From Ignavibacteriota bacterium (GTDB lineage: Bacteria; Bacteroidota; Ignavibacteria; UBA10030; UBA6906), in contig CAWDEM010000004.1 of assembly GCA_963801355.1 (NCBI GenBank), positions 608,001-672,000 on the forward strand: 64,000 nucleotides of DNA, given 5' to 3'. The translations under genes and the position numbers were made by a program. Below the pieces are notes generated by a model. It was given only the letters and a program-made list of their open reading frames with translations, was not told where the DNA came from and made no database searches. Shown here piece after piece: positions 8,472 to 17,436 of this stretch; the first letter of the stretch is position 1; each line of letters opens with the position of its first letter.

Positions 8472-9896
8472 TCACGGCCGCTCTCCTGCTCCGAACACCT
8501 CCCACTGGTATGCAGCCCGACTCCCGAGGATCCCCGCCATCCACTTGAACTGGGGGTGCTCGCGAAGGAATGCCTGTGCATCAAATGGAGTCCCGCATGC
8601 CGAGCCCCAACGCGCGGAGAATGTCATAGCCTTTGCCATCCTGGAGTCGACGACTTTGCCGTCAACCGTTCCGCCCGGGTCAAACGGGGGGTCCGTTGTT
8701 GAATCGCGATCCGAATGGTCGCAGAGGACCCTTCCATTCTTGACCGTGCGATGCAGGTACGGGTCGTAGTGATCGGCTTCGAACTGTTGTGCCAGATCCA
8801 CGGTGATGCGTCCGCGATACTCCTGCATGAGCTGTTCCCAGCGCACCCTGCGGGCGACGCCGGACCGGCGGATATCGGTTTCGTGGAGGTCTGTTTCGAA
8901 TCTCAGAATCTTGATGTTTTCGGCGACATTGGATCCCGTGTAGTAACCGTCTCGTGTCCGTTCCAGGCTGACATGCTTCAGTCCGAGCTCGAGGCGTGCA
9001 ATCTCCCCCGTCTTCGTGTCCCCCAGCAACCATGCGTTGGCATACCCTCCGTTATTGCCCTGCGTCATCAGGCTGCACCATTGGCCGATACTGTCGGCAT
9101 CCTGTGTCGCCCGGCGCATGCGGCAAAATTCCGGGATCCCGTGCTCATCAAACCCGCGGTATCCTCCAATCGTGGTTTCGGACCCGACGAGGCCCGCATC
9201 GGTGATGAAGAAGTCGGATCCACTGTGGACCCACCCCGGGCAGGTCTGCATCAGTATGCGATGTCCGGCGGAGGGGAAAATATCGATGATCACATTCACG
9301 AATCCATCCGCATAGCCGGTCATCGTGTTGTGTCCGAGCACAATCCCTCCGTCGGCGGTCATGCTCCCGGTGGCGATGAAGCTCGAACAGGATTCCTTGG
9401 ATCGCGAGGGAGACTCCGAGCCCATGGACTTCTTCTTTTCGGGCCACCAGTATCCCGCCACTTCGATGTAGGCGTTGTAGGCGATCATATCCGCGCGTGA
9501 CACCGTGACATGTGCCGAGGCAAGTCCTTCCACGAGCCCGTCGATTTCCGCGAGAATCTCCGCGTCCATCCGCGGTATCAGGAATGGCGTGGTGTTTGTC
9601 ACGAGCCAGTCCCACGTCATCCCGCTTTCGTATTCCCAGACTGTGCGTTGCGTCTTCAGGGCATCGGCAATCTCGCGGGCCAGGAGCGCACCGTGTTGAA
9701 ACCCCCTGGCGCGTGCGTCGCCCTCGACATGGACATATATCCAGCCGCCTTTCTCGAATTTCCATGCGTGCGAGAGCCATTCGGTCCGGACATCGTCTGT
9801 GACGGGCGCGGGCGCCGGCGACACCGCAGGGTCCCTGGGAGAGCACCCGAGGATGAAGCCGAGCAGGGATACGACAATGAGACAGCGGGCCGTCAT
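8472..9896 (-). CDS. Ntn-hydrolase lipoprotein (phospholipase B-like / peptidase C45 family)
   Basis: Lipobox ILGC; RGFQHG; autoprocessing nucleophile motif SCSSFIATG followed by GHNT; SETT and NNGGYAN motifs. Confidence 0.75.
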   Translation of the reverse strand: MTARCLIVVSLLGFILGCSPRDPAVSPAPAPVTDDVRTEWLSHAWKFEKGGWIYVHVEGDARARGFQHGALLAREIADALKTQRTVWEYESGMTWDWLVTNTTPFLIPRMDAEILAEIDGLVEGLASAHVTVSRADMIAYNAYIEVAGYWWPEKKKSMGSESPSRSKESCSSFIATGSMTADGGIVLGHNTMTGYADGFVNVIIDIFPSAGHRILMQTCPGWVHSGSDFFITDAGLVGSETTIGGYRGFDEHGIPEFCRMRRATQDADSIGQWCSLMTQGNNGGYANAWLLGDTKTGEIARLELGLKHVSLERTRDGYYTGSNVAENIKILRFETDLHETDIRRSGVARRVRWEQLMQEYRGRITVDLAQQFEADHYDPYLHRTVKNGRVLCDHSDRDSTTDPPFDPGGTVDGKVVDSRMAKAMTFSARWGSACGTPFDAQAFLREHPQFKWMAGILGSRAAYQWEVFGAGERP

Positions 9897-11077
9897 TGGA
9901 TGCCTCCGTGCGACGAGTTGAAGTGTGAGAGCAGCATCTCGTTAGTGGGATAGCGTTCGAGCAATTTCAAGACCGCGCGCATGGCTTCCCGCGGGTGCAT
10001 CCGGCTGATGGCGCGTCGCAACTCCTGGTGAAGATACACTGCGGACCCGAAGAGGAGTTCTTCCCGGCGGGTGCCTGACATCCCGAGGTTGACTGCAGGG
10101 AAGATGCGTTCATCCGCGAGTTCACGGTTCAACACCAGCTCCATATTGCCCGTGCCCTTGAACTCCTGGAATATCAGTTCGTCCATACGGGAGTTCGTTT
10201 CGACGAGGGCCGTGGCGATGATGGTGAGCGAGCCCCGCCCTTCGATCTTTCGAGCCGCTCCGAATATGCGTTTGGGAATTTCCAGCGCGCGGATGTCCAC
10301 GCCACCGCTCATCGTCCGGCCGCTGCTGCGCTGATGCAGATTGAACGCCCGGCCCAGGCGGGTGAGGGAATCCAGAAGGAGAACGACGTCATTGCCGGTC
10401 TCAACTTTTCGCTTCGCATATTCAAGCACCAGCTGCGCCAGGTTGACATGCGTTCCGCGTTCGCTGTCGCTTGAGCTCGCGAAGACCTCCCCCTTTATCG
10501 ACCTGCGCATGTCGGTCACCTCTTCCGGGCGCTCGTCGATCAGCAGCACCACCATCTCGATGTCCGGGTGGTTCCGACTGATGGCGTGGGCCAGCTGCTG
10601 CAGCAACATGGTCTTCCCGGCCTTGGGCGGAGAGACGATGAGCGCGCGCTGCCCCTTGCCGACGGGGCAGAAGAGGTCCACGATTCTCATCGGACGAGCT
10701 CCAAGTCTGCCCGGCGGGGAATCATCCGTCCCTTCGAGACGGATCCACTCGTAGGGAGAGACCACCTCGTAGGAAGAAAACTCCTTTACCTCGATCCAGC
10801 GGTTGGGGGCAAGCCCGTTGACCGCGTGCAGCGTCTCCATGACCGGGCTAGGTCCCCGTCCCCGCCGGGCGACACCTTCCAGGAGGACACCCGACCGCAA
10901 CCGGTTGTCGCGGATCTGTCGCGCGGTCACATGGGTGTCGCCGGAGTCACTTAGCAGCGACATGGTGGTCGGGCGTACGGATCCTTCTCCCCGTTCGCCG
11001 ATTTCCAGGATCCCTCTGAATGTGACGGTGGCGGGACCTGACGGTTTGTGAGGCTGATGGTGTGTGTGCGGAACCAT
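9893..11077 (-). CDS. rho: Transcription termination factor Rho homologue, short form with degenerate RNA-binding domain
   Basis: GKGQRALIVSPPKAGKT, LLIDERPEE, LLDSLTR, EFKGTGN and SGTRREE; ATG 11077 directly after the dinB stop. Confidence 0.9.
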   Translation of the reverse strand: MVPHTHHQPHKPSGPATVTFRGILEIGERGEGSVRPTTMSLLSDSGDTHVTARQIRDNRLRSGVLLEGVARRGRGPSPVMETLHAVNGLAPNRWIEVKEFSSYEVVSPYEWIRLEGTDDSPPGRLGARPMRIVDLFCPVGKGQRALIVSPPKAGKTMLLQQLAHAISRNHPDIEMVVLLIDERPEEVTDMRRSIKGEVFASSSDSERGTHVNLAQLVLEYAKRKVETGNDVVLLLDSLTRLGRAFNLHQRSSGRTMSGGVDIRALEIPKRIFGAARKIEGRGSLTIIATALVETNSRMDELIFQEFKGTGNMELVLNRELADERIFPAVNLGMSGTRREELLFGSAVYLHQELRRAISRMHPREAMRAVLKLLERYPTNEMLLSHFNSSHGGIQ

Positions 11078-11078
11078 A

Positions 11079-11582
11079 TCAGACAGCCGGCGGTTGCATG
11101 CCGTACGATGACCATTCTTCCTTGGTCGGGCCGTACACCCCGGGAACGCTGAGCCCCAGAAGGCGCATGACAACAATCATCTGCGCCCGGTGATGGATCT
11201 GGTGGTGAACAAGCACCTGAAGCGATATTCCACGGGCCCATTGCTCACCGTACATGTCGTCCTCCACAAGCAGATCCTTGTCAGTCCAGTTCTTCTTCAC
11301 CTGTTCGAGCACCGAGATCGCGGAGGCGTTGTAGGCGTCGAAAATCTCTTTTGCCGTAACGGGAATGGGGGCTTTGTCGTCAGGTCCGGCCAGCGTCAAT
11401 CCCATCCGGCCGCCCATTTCGGGGATGGAAGTGACAATATGCCATGCCATACGCCCGAGCGTGCGGATGTCGGCGTGAACAGACTGTCCCAGTGATTGTG
11501 TGGTGACGTGCTTGAGGATCTTCTGCGTGGCTTCACGTTCCACCTGCCACACACGCTCGAAATCTGCAATCGTACGTATCAT
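11079..11582 (-). CDS. DinB-family four-helix metalloprotein
   Basis: RTLGRMAWHI and HQIHHRAQM His motifs, VPGVYGP tail. Confidence 0.85.
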   Translation of the reverse strand: MIRTIADFERVWQVEREATQKILKHVTTQSLGQSVHADIRTLGRMAWHIVTSIPEMGGRMGLTLAGPDDKAPIPVTAKEIFDAYNASAISVLEQVKKNWTDKDLLVEDDMYGEQWARGISLQVLVHHQIHHRAQMIVVMRLLGLSVPGVYGPTKEEWSSYGMQPPAV

Positions 11583-11669
11583 GAGTATCTCCACGGATAG
11601 TATGGACGCAGGAACCAGATGCGTTGCTGAAAAGGATGTACTGCAAGATAGCAGGATAGGCAATCGATA

Positions 11670-12527
11670 TCAACGCCTCTCGTGTTGCTTGCTCCAGTCG
11701 ATAAACACCTTCCGCGCCACCGGCTGGCAGGCCGGACAGAAGAAGACATCGTAACCGCGGACTCCTTCCCGTCGTATCGTTGTTCCGCAGCGGGGGCAGG
11801 GTTGTCCCTGGCGGTTGCGGACGTTCATATGATCCCGGACCTTGTTCTGGATTGGCTGTCTGGCTTCCGCGACATGGTCGATCCCGCGCTGCAGGACGGT
11901 GCCGATGGCACGGTACAGTGTGAGGAGATCGTCACTTGCTAGGGAAGCGACAATGGTCTTCGGGTGGATCTTCGCCTCAAACAGGATTTCATCGGCATAC
12001 GCATTGCCGATGCTGCTCAGGGCAGTGTGATCGTTGATAAACACCCGCACCTGCTTGCGGGAGTGCCGTGCGGCAAGACGCCTGAACGCTTCTTCGCTGA
12101 ATTCCGGTGAACGCACGTTCACCCCCTGATTCCCGAATCCGGGGACAGCAGCATAGTCGCCTGGATGCACAAGGTACACTTTTGCCATCTTCTGCTGATC
12201 GCAGATGTTGAGCCACGTGCCGTCGTCGAGTTTCAGGGCAATCAGCTTGAACCCGAGCGGATGCTCCGCGCTCTGCTGATGCTGGATGCGTCCGGCGAGC
12301 ATCAGATTCACGACAAGTTCCACCATGGAACTCAACGTGAAACGCAGGAACGGCCCGTGGAAATCAATGTGCGTAAAGGAAAGATCGCGCAACACCTGTT
12401 CCACCGGATCGCCGATGTCGTTGCGGATGACCACCGGCTGGTGGACGGTGGCGGACACAATGCGGCGATGCAGTACCTGACGCTGGAGATACCGGGTTAT
12501 ATACAGGAGATCAGGGAGTTCGGGCAT
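11670..12527 (-). CDS. mutM: Fpg/Nei-family DNA glycosylase, divergent
   Basis: N-terminal PELPD, H2TH motif IGNAYADEIL, C4 zinc finger CPRC...CPAC. Confidence 0.85.
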   Translation of the reverse strand: MPELPDLLYITRYLQRQVLHRRIVSATVHQPVVIRNDIGDPVEQVLRDLSFTHIDFHGPFLRFTLSSMVELVVNLMLAGRIQHQQSAEHPLGFKLIALKLDDGTWLNICDQQKMAKVYLVHPGDYAAVPGFGNQGVNVRSPEFSEEAFRRLAARHSRKQVRVFINDHTALSSIGNAYADEILFEAKIHPKTIVASLASDDLLTLYRAIGTVLQRGIDHVAEARQPIQNKVRDHMNVRNRQGQPCPRCGTTIRREGVRGYDVFFCPACQPVARKVFIDWSKQHERR

Positions 12528-12601
12528 AGAACAACAGGGACCGGGTGGGGGTCATCGATGCACCCGCAGAGCGTGTGCTCTCACGGCATTTCCGTGCACG
12601 C

Positions 12602-12630
12602 AATGTGCGAAGGATGCCGATCGTTGTCAA
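12602..12630 (-). promoter_or_regulatory. Putative sigma-70 promoter of the fpg-dinB-rho operon
   Basis: TTGACA-N17-CACATT on the minus strand. Confidence 0.5.
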
Positions 12631-12655
12631 GTGGCGCCCCGCAACGTGCGCCGGC

Positions 12656-12684
12656 TTGCTTTTTTCCCCCAACCCTGGTATCAT
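12656..12684 (+). promoter_or_regulatory. Putative sigma-70 promoter of the thiamine operon
   Basis: TTGCTT-N17-TATCAT immediately upstream of the riboswitch. Confidence 0.6.
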
Positions 12685-12689
12685 AGAGT

Positions 12690-12775
12690 GTCCGTTAGGG
12701 GTGTTCCGCAAAACGGCGGAACTGAGATCAAACCCTGGAACCTGATCTGGGTCATGCCAGCGTAGGGAAACGGTG
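12690..12775 (+). ncRNA. TPP riboswitch (THI element)
   Basis: GGGGTG...CTGAGA...ACCCTGGAACCTGATC...ATGCCAGCGTAGGGA consensus; P1 CCGTT/AACGG; upstream of thiamine genes. Confidence 0.95.
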
Positions 12776-12793
12776 ACACCGAGCATGTGTGCG

Positions 12794-12844
12794 CAAGGCC
12801 GTTTCTCCGTATTCCCCGTGACGGAGCATCGGCCTTGTTTCGTT
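12794..12844 (+). terminator. Riboswitch-associated terminator-like hairpin
   Basis: CAAGGCCG/CGGCCTTG and CTCCGT/ACGGAG stems followed by TTTCGTT. Confidence 0.6.
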
Positions 12845-12859
12845 CTGGAAGGGGACGTC

Positions 12860-15271
12860 ATGAATGTGGTATCGGTGTTCACCGCTGTCTGTGTGCTGAC
12901 CGGCACAATGACGGCAGGTGTCATACGGGGACGCGTGGCGGACCGGGATTCACGCCGCCCCCTTCCCGTTGCGAATGTCACGGTCGTCGGCTCCACGATC
13001 GGCACGACGACGAACGAACAAGGAAATTTCGTCCTCACCGGTCTTCCCGGCGGATCCTGTACGCTGCGCGCCTCGCTTGTCGGATACCAGTCGTACACAC
13101 AAACAGTGGACGTGCCGCCTGCCGACACTGCGCGCGTGGAGTTTTCCCTCTCCGTGTCGGTCCTGGTCGCTCAGGCGGTCACCGTCACCGCGACCCGCGG
13201 ACGCGAGCGCGAAACTCCCGCCACCTTCTCCACGCTGGAGGGCTCCGCTCTGCGTGAACGATACACCGTGCAGGATATTCCCGTTCTTCTGGCTGAACTT
13301 CCCTCCACGACGTTCTATTCCGAAAGCGGCACCGGCCTCGGCTATACGTATCTGAACATCCGCGGGTTTGACGCGCGCCGCATTGCCGTGATGGTCAATG
13401 GCATTCCGCAAAATGATCCCGAGGACCATAACGTCTACTGGCTGGATTTTCCCGATATGACCGGAAGTATTGAGGACGTACAGGTGCAGCGCGGCGCCGG
13501 AAGCGCGTTCTATGGTTCACCCGCAATCGGGGGGTCCGTGAATCTCACCACAACCCGCTCTGCACATGAGCGGTCGCTGGCACTCGCCGCCGGTGTGGGG
13601 AGTTACAATACCCGCAAATACTCGGCGTCATTCTTCTCCGGTCTTCTTGATGACCGGTATGCGTTCCACGCCCGTCTTTCCAAGTTGCTGAGCAGCGGAT
13701 ACCGCGACCACGCCTGGGTGGATTTCAACAGCTATTTTTTCGGCGCGACCCGGTATGATTCAACAATGACCACGCAAATCAATTTCTATGGCGGCCCGAT
13801 CGCAGACGGCCTGGCATACTTCGGGGTTTCTAAAGATGCCATCAGCGACCGCGATCGGCGCAAAGAGAACCCGATCACACGTCCGGAAGAAATCGAAAAC
13901 TTCTCCCAACCTCATTTCGACCTGATGCACGAATGGAGGCTTTCGTCTTCCCTGACGCTTTCGAATACGTTGTTTCTCATTCTCGGCGATGGATTTTTCG
14001 ACTATGATGGGTCCTGGGCGCCACTGTCGTATTATCGTATTACCCCCGCGCTGGGGTTCCCGGTGAGCGGAGATCCGGACACACTGTATCTCCCCGGCGC
14101 GTTGATCCGGGCCCAGGTAACGAACTCCCAGTGGGGCTGGTTGCCCCGGATGACCATGTATCACGATGGCGGCGAGCTCATTGTGGGCGGGGAGCTCCGT
14201 GTTCACCGGTCACTCCACTGGGGCCGTCTGCAGTGGGCTGCACAAATTCCGGCCGGGGTGCCGGGAGACTATCGCTATTATGAATACCGCGGCGCGAAGG
14301 ACATCGGCTCGCTCTATGTACATCTGCTCCAGGATCTGCAACCCGGCATGAAGCTCATGGCCTCCGTCCAGTATGCGTTCAACCGGTACCGGCTCTATGA
14401 CGAGAAGTTCGAAGGGACGGACTTCACCGTGCCGTACCATTTTCTCAATCCACGGCTTGGGGTGAATTTCAACATCACCGAACGGTGGAATCTCTACGCG
14501 AGCCTCGGCTACACATCGCGCGAACCCCGTCTGAAAAATCTCTATGATGCCGCTGAGGCCAGCACGCCGGCATCATGGGGCGCGGTGGTTCCGCAATTCG
14601 CGGTGGATGCCTCCGGCAGGCCTGACTTCTCGCATCCCCTGGTGAAGCCGGAATCATTACTCGACGTGGAGTTGGGCGCCGGCTATATCGAGGGAGACAC
14701 GCGGCTTTCGGCAAATGTCTACTGGATGGAGTTTGCCGATGAAATTGTCAAAAGCGGGCAGCTCGACCGGTTCGGCCAGCCCATCACCGGAAATGCGGAG
14801 CGCACGCGACACGTCGGCCTCGAGGTGAGCGGGAGAATTCCCGTGACGCCGTCAGTCGAATTTACGGCAAATGTCTCCGTGAGCCGGAACCGGTTCATCC
14901 GTTACGCAGATTTCTCGTCCGGATCGGGAGTCAGCCTCTCGGGGAATCCTCTCGCCGGCTTCCCCGATCTACTCGCCAATATGCGTCTGACCTACCGCAG
15001 CGAGAGGTTTACGGGTTCCCTTGCCGCACGATTTGTCGGCAAACAGTACACCGACAACTTCAAGAACGAACGACGCACTGTGGACCCCTCTGTTGTGAGT
15101 GAGGCGTCGGCATCCTACAGATTTGACCGGATTGTGGATGATCCGTCCGTAGAGGCAAAACTGCAGGTCAACAATCTCTTTGACGTGCTGTACGCCTCGT
15201 ATGGCGAAGGTGATCAATACTTCGTCGGTGCAGAGCGCAATGTCTTCTTCCAGATTACGGTGAGCCTGTGA
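12860..15271 (+). CDS. TonB-dependent receptor, probable thiamine uptake
   Basis: Signal peptide, CarboxypepD_reg-like N-domain, plug motifs (IRGFD, VNGIPQND, VQRGAGSAFYG), barrel ending NNLFD...RNVFFQITVSL; under the TPP riboswitch. Confidence 0.9.
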   Translation: MNVVSVFTAVCVLTGTMTAGVIRGRVADRDSRRPLPVANVTVVGSTIGTTTNEQGNFVLTGLPGGSCTLRASLVGYQSYTQTVDVPPADTARVEFSLSVSVLVAQAVTVTATRGRERETPATFSTLEGSALRERYTVQDIPVLLAELPSTTFYSESGTGLGYTYLNIRGFDARRIAVMVNGIPQNDPEDHNVYWLDFPDMTGSIEDVQVQRGAGSAFYGSPAIGGSVNLTTTRSAHERSLALAAGVGSYNTRKYSASFFSGLLDDRYAFHARLSKLLSSGYRDHAWVDFNSYFFGATRYDSTMTTQINFYGGPIADGLAYFGVSKDAISDRDRRKENPITRPEEIENFSQPHFDLMHEWRLSSSLTLSNTLFLILGDGFFDYDGSWAPLSYYRITPALGFPVSGDPDTLYLPGALIRAQVTNSQWGWLPRMTMYHDGGELIVGGELRVHRSLHWGRLQWAAQIPAGVPGDYRYYEYRGAKDIGSLYVHLLQDLQPGMKLMASVQYAFNRYRLYDEKFEGTDFTVPYHFLNPRLGVNFNITERWNLYASLGYTSREPRLKNLYDAAEASTPASWGAVVPQFAVDASGRPDFSHPLVKPESLLDVELGAGYIEGDTRLSANVYWMEFADEIVKSGQLDRFGQPITGNAERTRHVGLEVSGRIPVTPSVEFTANVSVSRNRFIRYADFSSGSGVSLSGNPLAGFPDLLANMRLTYRSERFTGSLAARFVGKQYTDNFKNERRTVDPSVVSEASASYRFDRIVDDPSVEAKLQVNNLFDVLYASYGEGDQYFVGAERNVFFQITVSL

Positions 15272-15936
15272 ATCGAGTGCCGGTGCAATGCCTTCGGGCC
15301 CTTCTGCTGTGCAACGGCGAGCCGCCCCCGCGGCTTCTCGCGCGGCGTGCGGCACGCATATGCGATCTCGTGGTGGCTGCAGATGGCGGAGCAAACAACG
15401 CCCGCGCGGTCGGCCTCTCACCCGATGTCATCATCGGAGATCTCGATTCCGTGCGACAGTCAACCCTGCGCGCATACCGGGACGCTCTCATTGTTCATGT
15501 GAAACGGCAGGACAACACCGACGTGGAGAAAGCATTCGATTATCTCCGTGACCGGGGAGTGCGCACGGTGCTCCTGCTGGGAGCTACCGGCAGGCGCATT
15601 GACATGACCCTGGCAAACCTGACGGTGCTCTGGCGCTATGCGCGATCAATGGAGATCATGGTGATCGGGGATGGCTGGCACGCGGTGCCTGTAGAGGGAG
15701 CCCGGCGGCTGTATGCCCGCAAGGGGACCACGGTGAGCATACTCCCGTGCGCTCCATGCCGGGGCGTGACCCTGCGGGGGCTGCACTACCCCCTGACAAA
15801 CGGATCCTTCCTGCAGGGCGAAGTGGCGGTCAGCAATATCGTCAAAAGCTCGCCGTTCAATGTCAACATCAAAAAGGGGAGGGCGCTGGTGGTGGTTATG
15901 GAATCCCCTTTGGCCACCGGGAGGCTGGCAGGATAA
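15268..15936 (+). CDS. thiN: Thiamine pyrophosphokinase
   Basis: AADGGAN, IIGDLDS, QDNTDVEKA, GATGRRID and GLHYPL motifs. Confidence 0.93.
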   Translation: MNRVPVQCLRALLLCNGEPPPRLLARRAARICDLVVAADGGANNARAVGLSPDVIIGDLDSVRQSTLRAYRDALIVHVKRQDNTDVEKAFDYLRDRGVRTVLLLGATGRRIDMTLANLTVLWRYARSMEIMVIGDGWHAVPVEGARRLYARKGTTVSILPCAPCRGVTLRGLHYPLTNGSFLQGEVAVSNIVKSSPFNVNIKKGRALVVVMESPLATGRLAG

Positions 15937-15987
15937 CCCCGTCCTGCCGGCGGTTGAACGATACCGGAGCAACCTCGAGCAATTCTC

Positions 15988-17436
15988 ATGATCACTTTTG
16001 CCCCAGCCGATGTCATCCTGATCATTCTGTATTTCTGCGCGGTGATGGTGATCGGTTTTCGTGCCGGAAGAAAGCCGGAACAGAGGCGTGCCGGAGAATT
16101 TCTTCTGGCCGGGAGGTCGCTGACCACGCCGGTGTTCGTCATGACGCTTGTGTCGACATGGTACGGCGGCATCCTGGGAGTCGGGGAATTCTCCTACCGG
16201 TACGGCATTTCCAACTGGGTGATCCAGGGAGTGCCGTACTATGTGTTTGCGATCGCCTTTGCATTCCTGCTCGCGAAGCGCATCCGTGCGACCAACCTTG
16301 CGACAATTCCTGATAAACTGGAGCTTTCGTACGGCCGCCCGACAGCACTCCTGGGAGCGTTTCTGATCTTCCTCCTCATGTCGCCGGCCGCGTACGTGTT
16401 GATGATCGGCGTGCTGCTGGAAATGGTGACGGGATGGCCTCTGCTCTTCTGCGTCGTTCTCGGCACGCTCGCCACAACGCTATATCTCTTTGCCGGGGGA
16501 TTCCGCGCTGATGTCCATACCGACATTTTCGAGTTCCTGCTCATGTTCGCCGGGTTTGCCGTCATCATACCGTTCGCCGTCGCGGAGTACGGCGGGGTTT
16601 CGTTCATCGAGATGAACCTCCCGGCCCAGCACCTCACATGGAACGGTGGGAACTCGGTGCAGTTCGTGCTTGTCTGGTTCTTCATCGCCCTGTGGACGCT
16701 TGTTGACCCCGCATTTCATCAGCGCTGTTATGCGGCGTCGTCCGGAGATGTCGCCCGGAGGGGGATTCTCTGGTCGGTGGTATTCTGGATCGTCTTCGAT
16801 GCCATGACAGCAACCGCCGGACTCTATGCGCGTGCCGCTCTGCCCGGATTGGAGCAACCCGTGATGGCATATCCTCTCCTCGCGGAAGCCATATTGCCTC
16901 CGGTGGCGAAGGGGATGTTCTTCATCGGACTGCTCGCCACGGTGATGTCGACACTCAACACGCTGGCGTTTGTCTCGGCGACCACGCTCGGCAGAGACAT
17001 CGTGCTCCGTCTGAGGTCGGGTGCAACCGGCGCCGGAGACCGGCGTGCCGGCAGTGAAGGGGGGGATGCGGGGGAAACCGCGTGGGTCAGGGGTGGACTT
17101 GTCATCACCGCAATTCTCAGTGTTGCACTTGCCGCGCTGATTCCTTCGGTGATCAAGCTCTGGTACACGATCGGGACGGTGATCGTTCCGGGGCTGCTTG
17201 TTCCGGTTGTGACGGCCTACTTTGAGCCAGTGCGTGTCAGCCCGCGATGGGCATTCACCTGTATGCTCTCCGGATGGCTGATTTCGCTGGTCTGGCTCCT
17301 GGCGGGCTGGTCCGCAGGTCTCGGCGCTGCTGATCTGTATCCGCTGGGGATAGAACCGATGTATCCGGGTCTGGCGGCAAGCGTCCTGCTATGGGGGGCG
17401 GGAGTACTGATGAAGAAGTCGTTGCAGGTGGACTAG
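15988..17436 (+). CDS. Sodium:solute symporter family transporter, probably thiamine or precursor
   Basis: About 13 TM helices; EFLLAGRSL, GGFRADVHTD and LLATVMST SSS motifs. Confidence 0.88.
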   Translation: MITFAPADVILIILYFCAVMVIGFRAGRKPEQRRAGEFLLAGRSLTTPVFVMTLVSTWYGGILGVGEFSYRYGISNWVIQGVPYYVFAIAFAFLLAKRIRATNLATIPDKLELSYGRPTALLGAFLIFLLMSPAAYVLMIGVLLEMVTGWPLLFCVVLGTLATTLYLFAGGFRADVHTDIFEFLLMFAGFAVIIPFAVAEYGGVSFIEMNLPAQHLTWNGGNSVQFVLVWFFIALWTLVDPAFHQRCYAASSGDVARRGILWSVVFWIVFDAMTATAGLYARAALPGLEQPVMAYPLLAEAILPPVAKGMFFIGLLATVMSTLNTLAFVSATTLGRDIVLRLRSGATGAGDRRAGSEGGDAGETAWVRGGLVITAILSVALAALIPSVIKLWYTIGTVIVPGLLVPVVTAYFEPVRVSPRWAFTCMLSGWLISLVWLLAGWSAGLGAADLYPLGIEPMYPGLAASVLLWGAGVLMKKSLQVD

